64,000 bases of DNA, taken from Steroidobacterales bacterium (GTDB lineage Bacteria > Pseudomonadota > Gammaproteobacteria > Steroidobacterales > Steroidobacteraceae). The DNA is taken from positions 31,278 through 95,277 of the forward strand of contig JBBRQO010000015.1 in the NCBI GenBank assembly GCA_038226325.1. The letters are read 5' to 3'. Positions within the stretch are counted from its first letter, which is position 1. Every line of letters begins with the position of its first letter. Positions 20,744 to 29,777 of this stretch are shown one piece after another. A program made the translations under genes and the position numbers. The notes beneath the pieces are model-generated. The model did no database searches. It worked only from the letters and a program-made list of their open reading frames with translations, and was not told the origin of the DNA.

Positions 20744-21060
20744 TGCGCGAAGTCGGGATCCGGCAGGTGCAGCATCTCCGCCACACCGATTAGGACCGCC
20801 CTCTGGCGCAGAACGGCAGAGACGCCGCACCAAGTACAGGACACGCCACGCGCCGCACTCGTCCGCCACAGGCTCGTGAGCAACTGCAATATGGATGTAT
20901 CGATATCCTCCACATGGCTGCCGTCGATCGTCAGCGGGCGCCCGCTTGCGAGGCGCGTCGTCAGTGCACGGTGCAGGTCGGCGGCCTGCACGATGGTCAG
21001 TCGCGCGTCGAGCTCGACGCGCGATGACTGGGTCGCGCGCAGCGCTTTCCTTTTGGTCAT
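20740..21060 (-). CDS. STAS-domain protein (anti-sigma-antagonist fold; CheS-like position in the che operon)
   Basis: 106 aa. ..LTIDGSHVEDIDTSILQLLTSL..RGVSCTWCGVSAVLRQRAVLIGV.. fits the STAS pattern (lDls.v..iDssgl..L). Start and stop both overlap neighbours by 4 nt (cheW/STAS and STAS/cheR). Confidence 0.7.
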   Translation of the reverse strand: MTKRKALRATQSSRVELDARLTIVQAADLHRALTTRLASGRPLTIDGSHVEDIDTSILQLLTSLWRTSAARGVSCTWCGVSAVLRQRAVLIGVAEMLHLPDPDFAQ

Positions 21061-21605
21061 GCGGCCTCCGTGCCGGGCGACAGATCGTCTGCGAGGCTGT
21101 TGACGATGAGCCGATCAATGTCGAGCAGAATGAGCATCTTGTTTTCGACCGTCGCCAATCCCTTGACGAAGACAGTATCGACGCTGCCGCAGACATCGGG
21201 AGGCGGCTTGCAATCGGCCAAATTAACGTGATAAACATCAGAAACCGCATCGACAACCATGCCCACCGTACGTCCGTCATGCCCGCCGGCCACGCGCACG
21301 ACGATGACCACTGTCGTTGGACCGAATGCAATGGTCTCCAGGCCAAATCGTCGCCGCAGATCCAGAATGGGCACCACCGAACCTCGCAGGTTGATCACGC
21401 CCAGGACATAGTCCGGGGTACGGGGTATTCGCGTCACCTTGTCCCAGCCTTTGATTTCCTGCACGCGCAGAATGTCGACCCCATATTCCTCGCCATCGAG
21501 CATGAACGTCAGGTATTGCTCGCTGCTGCCCGCGGCGGACTTGTTGGCGCCGGCTGCCGGCGTCGCGTGTTTCGAGGTTGCGTTCGCCGTGGTTGCGTTG
21601 CTCAT
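21057..21605 (-). CDS. cheW: chemotaxis coupling protein CheW
   Basis: 182 aa with QYLTFMLDGEEYGVDILRVQEIKGWDKVTRIPRTPDYVLGVINLRGSVVPILDLRRRFG, a canonical CheW domain. Confidence 0.9.
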   Translation of the reverse strand: MSNATTANATSKHATPAAGANKSAAGSSEQYLTFMLDGEEYGVDILRVQEIKGWDKVTRIPRTPDYVLGVINLRGSVVPILDLRRRFGLETIAFGPTTVVIVVRVAGGHDGRTVGMVVDAVSDVYHVNLADCKPPPDVCGSVDTVFVKGLATVENKMLILLDIDRLIVNSLADDLSPGTEAA

Positions 21606-21673
21606 AATCTGAATTCCTCCGAAGCCTGCGGCCTTCCAACCTGCCTAATCCATGATGCCGACCGCGTCATACC

Positions 21674-23740
21674 TCAGGCTGCCTGCGCCGTCGCGGATCG
21701 GCGCAGTTGCTCGGCGCTTGAGTGGATCAGGTCCGGCACGTCAATGATGAGGGCTACCGTTCCATCGCCAAGAATCGTGGCGCCGGCAATGCCCGCAACG
21801 GACTTGAAATTCGCCTCCAGACTCTTGATGACGACTTGCTGCTGTGCAAGCAAATCGTCCACGAGAAGCCCGACGCGTTTACCATCCGCTTCGACAACAA
21901 CCAACAAGCCGTCTGCGGTGCGGTTGCTGTCCGGCTCGATGCCGAACTGATCACACAGTTTGACCACCGGCAAGTATTCCTCCCGCAACCGAAATACTTC
22001 AGCGTGCCCCACCCGCGTGTTCAAGTGTTCAGCACCGAGTTGGATGGTCTCCACGATCGATAGCAGCGATATGATGTAGGTTTCGTTGCCGATTCGGACC
22101 AGCTGTCCGTCGAGGATGGCAAGCGTCAGCGGCAGACGGATACGAATGGTGCTGCCGCGACCTTCGCTGCCAAATATCTGCACATGGCCGCCCAAGTCGA
22201 CTATGTTGCGGCGAACCACATCCATGCCGACGCCGCGACCGGAAACGTCGCTGATCTTATCGGCCGTGGAGAAACCCGGCATGAATATCAGATTGTGGAT
22301 CTGTTCCTCCGTCAGCTCTTGATCCACGGATATGAGACCGCGTTCGCGCGCCTTCTGCAGAATCTTCTCTTTGTTGAGGCCGGCGCCGTCGTCGCGCACT
22401 TCGATGATGATGTTGCCGCCCTCATGAAACGCAGCCAATTGCAGGGTGCCGCACTCCTGCTTGCCCGCCGCGAGACGCTTTTCAGGCGTTTCCAAACCGT
22501 GATCGAGAGCGTTACGAACCAGGTGCACGAGCGGATCGCTGATCTTCTCGAGGACGGTCTTATCCAGTTCGGTGCCTTCCCCGATCAGCTTGATTTCAAC
22601 TTTTTTTCCCAGCTTGCGGGACAGGTCATGCACGATGCGCGGAAAGCGGTTGAACGCAAAGCTAATCGGCAGCATACGTATCTGCATCACGCTTTCCTGC
22701 AGCTCGCGCGTGTTGCGCGCCAGCTGCGAGAGCGCCTGGCGCAGCCGATCCGGTTCATTGGGACCGCTTGCCTCGGCGAAGCCGCAAAGCATCGATTGGG
22801 TAATGAGCAGCTCGCCCACCAAATTGATGATGTTATCGAGTTTATCGGTGGCGACCCGAATTGAGCCCGACTCGGCATTCGCCTTGGGCGCGGCAGTCGC
22901 CGGCGCCGCGGCCCGCTCCGTACTCTGCGAAGCTGCGCTAAGTGAGGCTATTTTGTCAGCTTCGGGCGGCGACAAGTTTGGAGGGACGATGCCGGGATTG
23001 CCGGTGGCCGTGAACTCAAGCCGGCAACGGGGATCCACCCAGTCGAAAATGTCGTCGAGAGCGGCCCGCGGAATCTGCCCGGCGATTTCGAGATCCCAGG
23101 AAAGATAGCAGGACTGCGGGTCAAGCGCCTCGAGCGCGGGAAGTCGAGTAACGTCGGCGCGCGCGACCAGTGTTCCCAAACGCTCAAGTTCGCCGAACAT
23201 GCGGGTCGGCTCGTTGCGCAGACGCAGTAAGTCGCTGACCGGCTCGAAAGAGATTCGCCAGCCCTGCGTCTGCGCGGAGTTCATGGAGTTGGTCGGTGCG
23301 GCCACTTCCAATGCCGGCTTGGGCGCAACCGGCTCGCCGAGGATTTGCCGGATGTCCGCGTCCAGTCTCGCGATGCGGGCCCGATCCAACGGCTGTTCGG
23401 TTTCCGTCGCCATCATCATTTCGCGCATGCAGTCGCAGGACTGCAGCAGGGTCTGAATCGCCTCGGCGGTGATCGGCCGCGAGCGATTGCGCATTCCATC
23501 CAGCAGTGTCTCAACGCCGTGCGTAAAGGCGGCTACTTCCGCGAACCCAAAAGTCGCGGCGCCGCCCTTGATGGAATGAGCGGCACGGAAAATCGTGTTG
23601 ATACTCTCGTCGTCGGCTGACGCATCCAGAGTCAGGAGACCCGATTCCATCGCGTCCAAAGCCTCCCGGCACTCTTGGAAGAAGACTTTGAGGATTTCCA
23701 ACATTTCTCGATCAAGGCTCATGCTCGATTCCTTCGGCAC
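21674..23740 (-). CDS. cheA: chemotaxis histidine kinase CheA
   Basis: 688 aa, GTG start. Hpt block AHSIKGGAATFGF, dimerisation and HATPase blocks (HLVRNALDHG, DDGAGL, GRGVGMDVV), C-terminal CheW-like P5 domain. No receiver domain. Confidence 0.9.
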   Translation of the reverse strand: MPKESSMSLDREMLEILKVFFQECREALDAMESGLLTLDASADDESINTIFRAAHSIKGGAATFGFAEVAAFTHGVETLLDGMRNRSRPITAEAIQTLLQSCDCMREMMMATETEQPLDRARIARLDADIRQILGEPVAPKPALEVAAPTNSMNSAQTQGWRISFEPVSDLLRLRNEPTRMFGELERLGTLVARADVTRLPALEALDPQSCYLSWDLEIAGQIPRAALDDIFDWVDPRCRLEFTATGNPGIVPPNLSPPEADKIASLSAASQSTERAAAPATAAPKANAESGSIRVATDKLDNIINLVGELLITQSMLCGFAEASGPNEPDRLRQALSQLARNTRELQESVMQIRMLPISFAFNRFPRIVHDLSRKLGKKVEIKLIGEGTELDKTVLEKISDPLVHLVRNALDHGLETPEKRLAAGKQECGTLQLAAFHEGGNIIIEVRDDGAGLNKEKILQKARERGLISVDQELTEEQIHNLIFMPGFSTADKISDVSGRGVGMDVVRRNIVDLGGHVQIFGSEGRGSTIRIRLPLTLAILDGQLVRIGNETYIISLLSIVETIQLGAEHLNTRVGHAEVFRLREEYLPVVKLCDQFGIEPDSNRTADGLLVVVEADGKRVGLLVDDLLAQQQVVIKSLEANFKSVAGIAGATILGDGTVALIIDVPDLIHSSAEQLRRSATAQAA

Positions 23741-23789
23741 ATGATTCTGGCGTGTCCGTCATCCGCGCATCACGCGCTCTAGCGTAAGA

Positions 23790-23816
23790 TTATCGACCGA
23801 GCACGCGTAAACTTGA
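23790..23816 (-). promoter_or_regulatory. sigma-28 (FliA)-type promoter candidate for the cheA operon
   Basis: The reverse strand reads TCAAGTTT-ACGCGTGCTCG-GTCGATAA, i.e. TCAA-N15-GTCGATAA (7 of 8 in the -10 element), about 50 nt upstream of the cheA start codon. Confidence 0.5.
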
Positions 23817-23878
23817 CGGCCCCCGGGCCGCCATTTGCGGGGTTCGGCACGCCGCATCGGTAAGGCTACGCATTGGCG

Positions 23879-24781
23879 CTACAACTCGTGTACCGCGGCA
23901 TGGGCGGGCATGGTCATGGGGGCGCCGGTCAGCGCAGGCAGCAGCCCCTGCGCCGATTCCTGAGTCTGCAGTACGATTTCGGCCAGGGTGGCTGGGTCTA
24001 GCTTGAGCATGCGCAACGCCATGGAGGATATTGCCGGCCCGTCGCCCATCTCCGTGCTGCCTATTTCCGCGAGCACCGCCACGGTATTCGCAACGTGAAT
24101 GATCGCCACTTCGACAGGGTATTCTTGGGCCTCGGCGGGGCGGTGATGAAACTCGATGCATTCCTGCAACACACGAGGCAGCCCCCACTTCTGCGCGAGC
24201 CTCACCCCGACAACGCCGTGATCGAATCCCATCAGCTCGCGTTCGCAGGACCATAATCCGGGCTCGTCGGCCGCGTATATCGACATCAGCAGGGCTTGCC
24301 GCGCCAGTTCAGGCGCCCGGTTGAACAACACCAATTGTCCTATATCATGAAGGAGGCCGGCGACGAACAGCGAATCGGTGCGTCCATTCTCGCGCCGCGT
24401 GGCGATATGGCCCGCAGCCAAGGCGCATAGCACGCTTTGCCGCCAAAATGATTCCATCGACACCAAATCGTTGCCTATGCCGTCGAATGTTCGGATCGCC
24501 GTTATACCGACGGTCAGGTCGCGTACCTGGCTCACTCCGAGCACTGCAATCGCGCGCTGCACTGACGCTATTTTCCCATTCTGTCCGAAGAGGGGGCTGT
24601 TTGCGACGCGCAGCAATCGCGCGGTGAGCGCCGCGTCGTTGCAGATCTCGCGCCCAATGTCCGCAGCGGAGGAGGTAGGATCATTCACCATGCTGGCAAT
24701 TCGTAGTGCGACCTCGGGCAATGTCACCAGATCTTGGATGTTCGCAACCAAGGTTTCCGGAGTCCAATCGACTTTATTCAC
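23879..24781 (-). CDS. HDOD-domain protein
   Basis: I prefer the GTG at 24781 (GAGGGG 6 nt upstream) over the ORF-track start at 24955, which would overlap the upstream gene. Sequence ..LPEVALRIASMVNDPTSSAADIGREICNDAALTARLLRVANSPLFG...AIAVLG..., GLLHDIGQLVL, ..GFDHGVVGVRLAQKWGLP..ECIEFHH are the HDOD blocks. Confidence 0.8.
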   Translation of the reverse strand: MNKVDWTPETLVANIQDLVTLPEVALRIASMVNDPTSSAADIGREICNDAALTARLLRVANSPLFGQNGKIASVQRAIAVLGVSQVRDLTVGITAIRTFDGIGNDLVSMESFWRQSVLCALAAGHIATRRENGRTDSLFVAGLLHDIGQLVLFNRAPELARQALLMSIYAADEPGLWSCERELMGFDHGVVGVRLAQKWGLPRVLQECIEFHHRPAEAQEYPVEVAIIHVANTVAVLAEIGSTEMGDGPAISSMALRMLKLDPATLAEIVLQTQESAQGLLPALTGAPMTMPAHAAVHEL

Positions 24782-24845
24782 GCTGTACCCCTCAGGCTCA
24801 ACATTTGGATACCGCGAAGTACATTCCGCAGTATGGGCCGCTGAT

Positions 24846-25157
24846 TTAGGCTTTTTGCCGAGCCCTGAAGGCGCGCAACACACTGTTGAATTTTGCGGCC
24901 GTCTTCTGCATGTCGTCGACCACGCTATTGTGCGCGACGTCGTTGTGCTTCGCATCGATGCACTTCAACGTCGATTCCATGTCGTTCAAATACTGTTTGA
25001 CGGACTGCTGCGCCGCTAGAATGTCTTGTTCTGTGGCCGTCGCCGGCTCGGGGAAATCGGTGGGCGCGCTGGGTCCGCTACAGGAATCGGCCAAACAAGG
25101 GCAGGCGCACAGGCCGACAATCGTCGCTAATATAGAACTAGTAAAGGTTCTGCGCAT
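24846..25157 (-). CDS. small secreted, Cys-containing helical protein (hypothetical)
   Basis: 103 aa. N-terminal signal peptide [23 protein letters not shown], then a hydrophilic helical segment. Sits 65 nt upstream of the HDOD gene on the same strand, with a sigma-28-type promoter in front. Confidence 0.5.
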   Translation of the reverse strand: MRRTFTSSILATIVGLCACPCLADSCSGPSAPTDFPEPATATEQDILAAQQSVKQYLNDMESTLKCIDAKHNDVAHNSVVDDMQKTAAKFNSVLRAFRARQKA

Positions 25158-25204
25158 GGGAGCTCCGAAAGGCAGTTCGCGCGTACGTCATGCACGCATG
25201 CTGG

Positions 25205-25231
25205 GTATCGGCGCGAATGACTCGAGATTTA
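25205..25231 (-). promoter_or_regulatory. sigma-28 (FliA)-type promoter candidate for the small secreted protein / HDOD unit
   Basis: The reverse strand reads TAAA-TCTCGAGTCATTCGC-GCCGATAC, i.e. TAAA-N15-GCCGATAC (7 of 8 in the -10 element, perfect -35 core), about 50 nt upstream of the start at 25157. Confidence 0.5.
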
Positions 25232-25354
25232 GCCCCTGGGCACGCGGAAACGATTTTTGTGACATGCGTCACACAGGCGGCGCGCCCCGCCTGGGGGCGA
25301 ATATCCGATCGTGCGCGGATCGCGTTTTCCGTCGTCTCGCCGTGGGCGCCCTCG

Positions 25355-25381
25355 TAAAGTTTGCGGCCGCTCGGTCGACAT
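25355..25381 (+). promoter_or_regulatory. sigma-28 (FliA)-type promoter candidate for the second MCP
   Basis: TAAAGTTT-GCGGCCGCTCG-GTCGACAT, i.e. TAAA-N15-GTCGACAT. Nearly superimposable on the cheA promoter candidate (AAGTTT.CG.G.GCTCGGTCGA.A). Confidence 0.4.
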
Positions 25382-25470
25382 ATTGCGGGAGACGATTGCG
25401 CCGCCACGGAAGCGAGCATGAGGCGCGCCGTTGCTGGTCGGACCCCGCATGCCTTGGAGTGGCTATCACA

Positions 25471-28083
25471 ATGAATATCGCCGCACGGATGAAAATGGCC
25501 CAAAAACTCGCGATGATCGTGATCGTGCTTTTGTTGCCCCTGAGCTATGTCAGCGTCGAGTACGCAGCCGGCCTATCCGTGCAGATCAAGGAACATGAGT
25601 CTGCAGACAACGGGCTGCACTACTTCGAAGGCCTCAAGGAAGCCGGACGCGCCCTCGCCGCTCATGCCTCATTCACAGCGACGTTATTGGCCGGTGAAGC
25701 TAATACCTCCTACTTCGACAAAAAGATACAGGAGGCCGCTGCCAGATTGGACACCAGCATCGCCTTGCAAGATAGGTCCGAGGAAAAGTACGGCCAGGAA
25801 GGCTCTCCGGAGCGCCTGCTGTGGCAGGAAGTCAAGGCCGATTGGGCCAGCTTGGCGAAGAACTGGCCGAAGCTCACTCCCGAAGCCTCGGCGCAACGCC
25901 ACGACTCGTTATCCGCAAAGCTGACCAAACTGGTTCGTCTCATCGGGGAAACTCATCATCTGGATCGCGACGGTGACCTGCAGCAATATTATCTGCAGGA
26001 GCTGTCCGTACTAGAAATACCGCGTCTGTCCTTTGAATTCGGTGCACTGCGGGCAGCCGCGGCGCCCGTCGCAGCGCAAATGCTCTCAGTCACGCAGGAG
26101 CAAGAAGCCAAGATCAATGCGATTTCCGCGAACATTCGCTTCTTGATGGACAGTGCCCATTGGAAGCTTGATTCGCTGAGCGAATGGGCGACCCGAACCC
26201 GAGATGGCGACTTCGGCGCTCAAATGAAACAAGCCAACGATGCGTTGCATGCGAGCGAAGACGCGCTTATTGGATATCAGCGCTGGGTCGCCTCGAACAT
26301 CTTGACGCGTCGACCGGTCGGTGTGGCCTCACAGGAAGTCATGGAACAAGGCGCCTCTTTCGAGACCAAGCTGACGGCGCTACACGAGCTTCTGATGGAG
26401 CAGGTGAGCACTCGTTCCGCAAAGCGGCTCGCGGGCGAGCGATCCGAGCGCAATCTAGCGCTGACATTCGTAGCCGCCATGGTAATTGCTGCCATACTTC
26501 TGGCTGGTTACTTCACCCGCGGCTTGACACGCTCGATGCGGTGCGCGGTCTCGATTTTTGCGGCGATCGAGGCGGGTCACTACGAAAATGAAATCAAAGT
26601 GAACAGTGCCGACGAGGCCGGGCAAGTGCTTCGCTCACTGGATAAAATGCAAAACACCCTGAGGGTGCGCATCGAAGCGGACCGGCGGTTACTCGCGGAA
26701 AATACGCGCGTTCGTCAGGCGCTCGACAACGCCGGCACGATTGTATTGGTGGTGGACGAGAAACATAAAATCGTCTATGCCAACGAGACCGCCAAAACGA
26801 CCTTCGCACTGCTGCGGCGCGACATCCAACGCGACTTGCCGCAATTCTCCGATACGGCATTGGTCGGCGCCTCCATCGATATATTCAAACCCGTGCAATT
26901 TTTGGACAGAGGGGCGCTCGACCGATTGCGCGATTCTCAGAGCGAGATGCTTACTCTGGGCGGCCATTCCCTCGTGTTGAATGCCAGCCCCATCGTAGAC
27001 GCCACCGGCGCCCGCCTCGGCACGGTGCTGGAATGGCGAGATCGAACCAACGGCGTCGCAGTCGAGAACGAAGTGAAGTTCGTCGTCGCAGAAGCCTTAC
27101 GCGGCAATCTGCAGGCACGCCTGCCGGTCGAGGGTAAGAGCGGCTTTCATGCCAATCTCGCGGGTGGGCTGAATGAGCTGCTCGACAATCTTTCCACGGT
27201 AGTGAGTACCATCAAGGACGCGGTAGTCGCCGTTCGTTCCAGCGCCGATGATATATCAAAGGGCAACGCGGAATTATCGGGGCGCACAGAGGCCCAGTCT
27301 TCGGCTCTACAGGAGACCGGCGCCGCGCTCGAAGAATTGACCGCTACCGTTCGGCAGTCCGCGGTGAACGCGGCCCATGCCGACGAACTCGCGAGCTCCG
27401 CGCGCAATCGTGCCGAAAACGGCGGCGTGGTGGTTTCTTCGGCGATTACCGCCATGCATCAAATCAACGCCTCCAGTCACAAGATCGCTGACATCATCGG
27501 GGTCATTGACGAGATTGCTTTTCAGACCAATCTGCTGGCATTGAACGCGGCCGTGGAAGCGGCTCGCGCTGGCGAGCAAGGTCGCGGCTTTGCCGTCGTG
27601 GCCGCAGAGGTCCGCAGCCTTGCGGGCCGTTCCGCTCAGGCTGCCAAGGAGATCAAGACATTGATCAACGACAGCGTAGACAAAGTCAGCGAGGGCGCAA
27701 AGCTTGTCGATCAGTCCGGCGAAATGCTTCAGGAAATCGTCCTTGCGGCGCAAAGCGTCAACAAAATCGTGGCGGAAATCGCGGCTGCTACCCGCGAGCA
27801 AAGTGCCGGAATCGGCGAGATCAACAGCGCCATCGCAAAAATCGACGAGATGACCGGCAAGAATGCGGTTCTGGTCGATCACGACGCCGCAGTGGCGACC
27901 GCCCTTCTGACGCAGACCAATGCGCTGACCGAAGCCATGGATAAGTACCAGATTGGCGATACTGGTGCCGTCGCGTTTAGCAGCCGATCCGTTTCTACAG
28001 GGCCAAAGGCGGAATCTAGCAAAACCGAGCCGGTCATCCGCTCGCTCTCGGGGTCGCGTCGGCACACAGGGAGCCAGCGTTGA
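25471..28083 (+). CDS. methyl-accepting chemotaxis protein (large ~300-aa periplasmic sensor, HAMP, PAS, signalling domain; no pentapeptide)
   Basis: In-frame ATG ([24 protein letters not shown]) within ORF 24886..28083. The longer ORF would overlap the divergent gene and promoter region. Same conserved tip [37 protein letters not shown]. Ends ..RRHTGSQR. Confidence 0.9.
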   Translation: MNIAARMKMAQKLAMIVIVLLLPLSYVSVEYAAGLSVQIKEHESADNGLHYFEGLKEAGRALAAHASFTATLLAGEANTSYFDKKIQEAAARLDTSIALQDRSEEKYGQEGSPERLLWQEVKADWASLAKNWPKLTPEASAQRHDSLSAKLTKLVRLIGETHHLDRDGDLQQYYLQELSVLEIPRLSFEFGALRAAAAPVAAQMLSVTQEQEAKINAISANIRFLMDSAHWKLDSLSEWATRTRDGDFGAQMKQANDALHASEDALIGYQRWVASNILTRRPVGVASQEVMEQGASFETKLTALHELLMEQVSTRSAKRLAGERSERNLALTFVAAMVIAAILLAGYFTRGLTRSMRCAVSIFAAIEAGHYENEIKVNSADEAGQVLRSLDKMQNTLRVRIEADRRLLAENTRVRQALDNAGTIVLVVDEKHKIVYANETAKTTFALLRRDIQRDLPQFSDTALVGASIDIFKPVQFLDRGALDRLRDSQSEMLTLGGHSLVLNASPIVDATGARLGTVLEWRDRTNGVAVENEVKFVVAEALRGNLQARLPVEGKSGFHANLAGGLNELLDNLSTVVSTIKDAVVAVRSSADDISKGNAELSGRTEAQSSALQETGAALEELTATVRQSAVNAAHADELASSARNRAENGGVVVSSAITAMHQINASSHKIADIIGVIDEIAFQTNLLALNAAVEAARAGEQGRGFAVVAAEVRSLAGRSAQAAKEIKTLINDSVDKVSEGAKLVDQSGEMLQEIVLAAQSVNKIVAEIAAATREQSAGIGEINSAIAKIDEMTGKNAVLVDHDAAVATALLTQTNALTEAMDKYQIGDTGAVAFSSRSVSTGPKAESSKTEPVIRSLSGSRRHTGSQR

Positions 28084-28196
28084 GGTATATCCACACGATT
28101 TGCGCGTTTCTGCCGAAGCTTTATTGTGCTAGAGGGTCTTGGCGCGCGTGCATAACGCGCTGCGACTGAAAATCAACCCGCTCGGGGCATTATATT

Positions 28197-28559
28197 GTGT
28201 CGATCATTCCGGTTGCACCTACCTATAAGTCGGGACAACGATCTGTGGCGCCTACGAATTCCGAGGTCTCGAATGTCGCCCGGGCGGCAGCGCTCCCGTT
28301 CCTAGGCAAACTTGCCGCGGAGTCCCCGTGGCATCCATCAGTCAGGTTGTGGCGCGCCGCACGCAGATCAGCCCCGATGAAGCCTTCCTGACAGGATTGC
28401 TGCACGGTATTGGCCGCCTGTACATCATGGTTCGAGGGGATTCGCCGATGAAATGTCCGCAGCCGTCAGCGACCAGGCCGAGGCTGAGCGACATCGAAAA
28501 CGCAAGCGCGAGGTCTTGAAGATACCTACCCGCGCGTGCACGATGCATTGGGGTGCTGA
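28197..28559 (+). pseudogene. internally deleted relic copy of the HDOD gene at 29905..30825
   Basis: Retains four blocks in different frames. (1) VAPTYKS...ARAAALPFLGKLAAE versus TAPTYGK...ARGAALEFLRRLAAE. (2) ASISQVVARRTQISPDEAFLTGLLHGIGRLYIMVR versus ASISQVVARRTKVNPDEAFLSGLLHGIGRLYIMVR. (3) FADEMSAAVSDQ versus FAPEICEAVAEQ. (4) A terminal VHDALGC* versus LHNALGC*. Confidence 0.7.
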
Positions 28560-28583
28560 TTCGCCTGCCGACGACATCGCACG

Positions 28584-29132
28584 CTAGAAGAGTTCCACCT
28601 CACCCGCGCCGTTGGCGCTTGCCGGCCGTTTAGACACAGCCGTGCCCCTGTCGGTCGAAGACGCATCGCCGGCCAGGGTATCGAACAGAGCGCGTTCTTG
28701 CTCCATGCTGTGAATTTCGCGGATCCGCTGCCGCAGCTCGTTCCACTGCACGTCCGACTTCGGCGTGCTGTCGGCCGCCATGAACTGCGCAAGCTGGGTC
28801 AGGCTGGAACAGACATGAGTGAGGCATTGCACTAAGCGGTCGTGAAACTGGATGGCGGTAGCTGCCTTGCTCGATCGAATATGCATGTCATCGTGCAGGA
28901 GCATGAGATCCTGAAATACCCTCGCCGGCGAACCCGAGAAATCGAACAGGCAACGCGCAATTGTCTGGGTCGCAGTGCTCATCGAGTGTGCCGCCTCGAC
29001 AAGAGTCGCTGCGGGGGCGTCGGTCTCGTGCAGCGCGGACTCGATTTGCGCCGAGATGATGCCCAGCATCGACACGAGGTTTTCGGTCTGCTGAAGGGGC
29101 AAAGAGCTTGCTTCACTCGCTAATTTGTTCAT
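28584..29132 (-). CDS. hypothetical protein, candidate divergent CheZ-like CheY-P phosphatase
   Basis: 182 aa, 33 nt downstream of a single-domain CheY. KAATAIQFHDRLVQCLTHV lines up with E. coli CheZ KIMMAQDFQDLTGQVIKRM (catalytic D143 and Q147 in a D-x3-Q spacing). Predicted helical. Acidic/hydrophobic C-terminus ..GEVELF, like the CheY-binding CheZ tail ..DSLGF. Confidence 0.55.
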   Translation of the reverse strand: MNKLASEASSLPLQQTENLVSMLGIISAQIESALHETDAPAATLVEAAHSMSTATQTIARCLFDFSGSPARVFQDLMLLHDDMHIRSSKAATAIQFHDRLVQCLTHVCSSLTQLAQFMAADSTPKSDVQWNELRQRIREIHSMEQERALFDTLAGDASSTDRGTAVSKRPASANGAGEVELF

Positions 29133-29165
29133 ATCAGTTAATTCCCGATGCCAACGCGGCTTGGA

Positions 29166-29528
29166 TTACAAGACCCGATTGATCGTCGCTATCAGCTGTT
29201 GAGTATTGAACGGCTTCACCAGCCAGCCGGTCGCCCCGGCCTCCTTTCCCTGCAGCTTTTTGTCCTTAGCCGACTCGGTGGTAAGCACCAGCATTGGAAC
29301 GCATTTATAGGCCGGCAGTAAACGCAATTCGCGGATCAAGGTGAGGCCATCCATGCGCGGCATATTGATGTCGGTCAGTACAAGGTCCGCGCTATGGCCG
29401 CGGGCAAATTCCAATGCTTCGACGCCGTCGCTCGTCTGCTTGACTTCGTAGCCTTCGCCCGTGAGCGTCAATTGCATCATAAGACGAATCGACGGGGAAT
29501 CATCGACAGTGAGTATCAGTCTGGCCAT
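29166..29528 (-). CDS. single-domain CheY-like response regulator (second CheY)
   Basis: 120 aa: ILTVDDSPSIRLMM...DLVLTDINMPRMDGLTLIREL...PMLVLTTES...GATGWLVKPF. Confidence 0.9.
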   Translation of the reverse strand: MARLILTVDDSPSIRLMMQLTLTGEGYEVKQTSDGVEALEFARGHSADLVLTDINMPRMDGLTLIRELRLLPAYKCVPMLVLTTESAKDKKLQGKEAGATGWLVKPFNTQQLIATINRVL

Positions 29529-29777
29529 CTTCGCATCTCCGTCTCGAACGCCCTCGTCTCCGGCAACCGGTCATTGAGAGTAACCTTCTCAGGCCTCATC
29601 TCAATGTTGCACATTTCCAGTTTCAAGCGTTGGGTTTGCTTCACATAGTCAGCACATGGAAATCCCGTCAAATTGCTGCCCATCCATGCGCCTTGCACGC
29701 CAAAGATGCACGCGTGAGATATGTGACGAGTATCACCAAAATCGCCAGCGAGACCTGCGAAGCACAGGCATTAGGGC

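Noticed and set aside
20744-21346. N-terminal 201-codon extension of the cheR ORF (19904..21346)
   Set aside because: The extension overlaps the STAS and cheW genes in another frame and is Arg/Ala/Pro-rich nonsense. The CheR homology begins at MISPASHEF, where an ATGA junction with the STAS stop occurs.
24886-25470. 195-codon N-terminal extension of the second MCP ORF
   Set aside because: It overlaps the divergent small secreted-protein gene and both sigma-28 promoter candidates. The MCP signal-anchor sequence begins at the ATG at 25471.
15300-27700. High nucleotide similarity between parts of 14816..17074 and 25471..28083, considered as a possible inverted repeat or mobile element
   Set aside because: The similarity is confined to the PAS and signalling domains of two MCP paralogs on opposite strands. 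This is conserved coding sequence, not a transposable or structural repeat.
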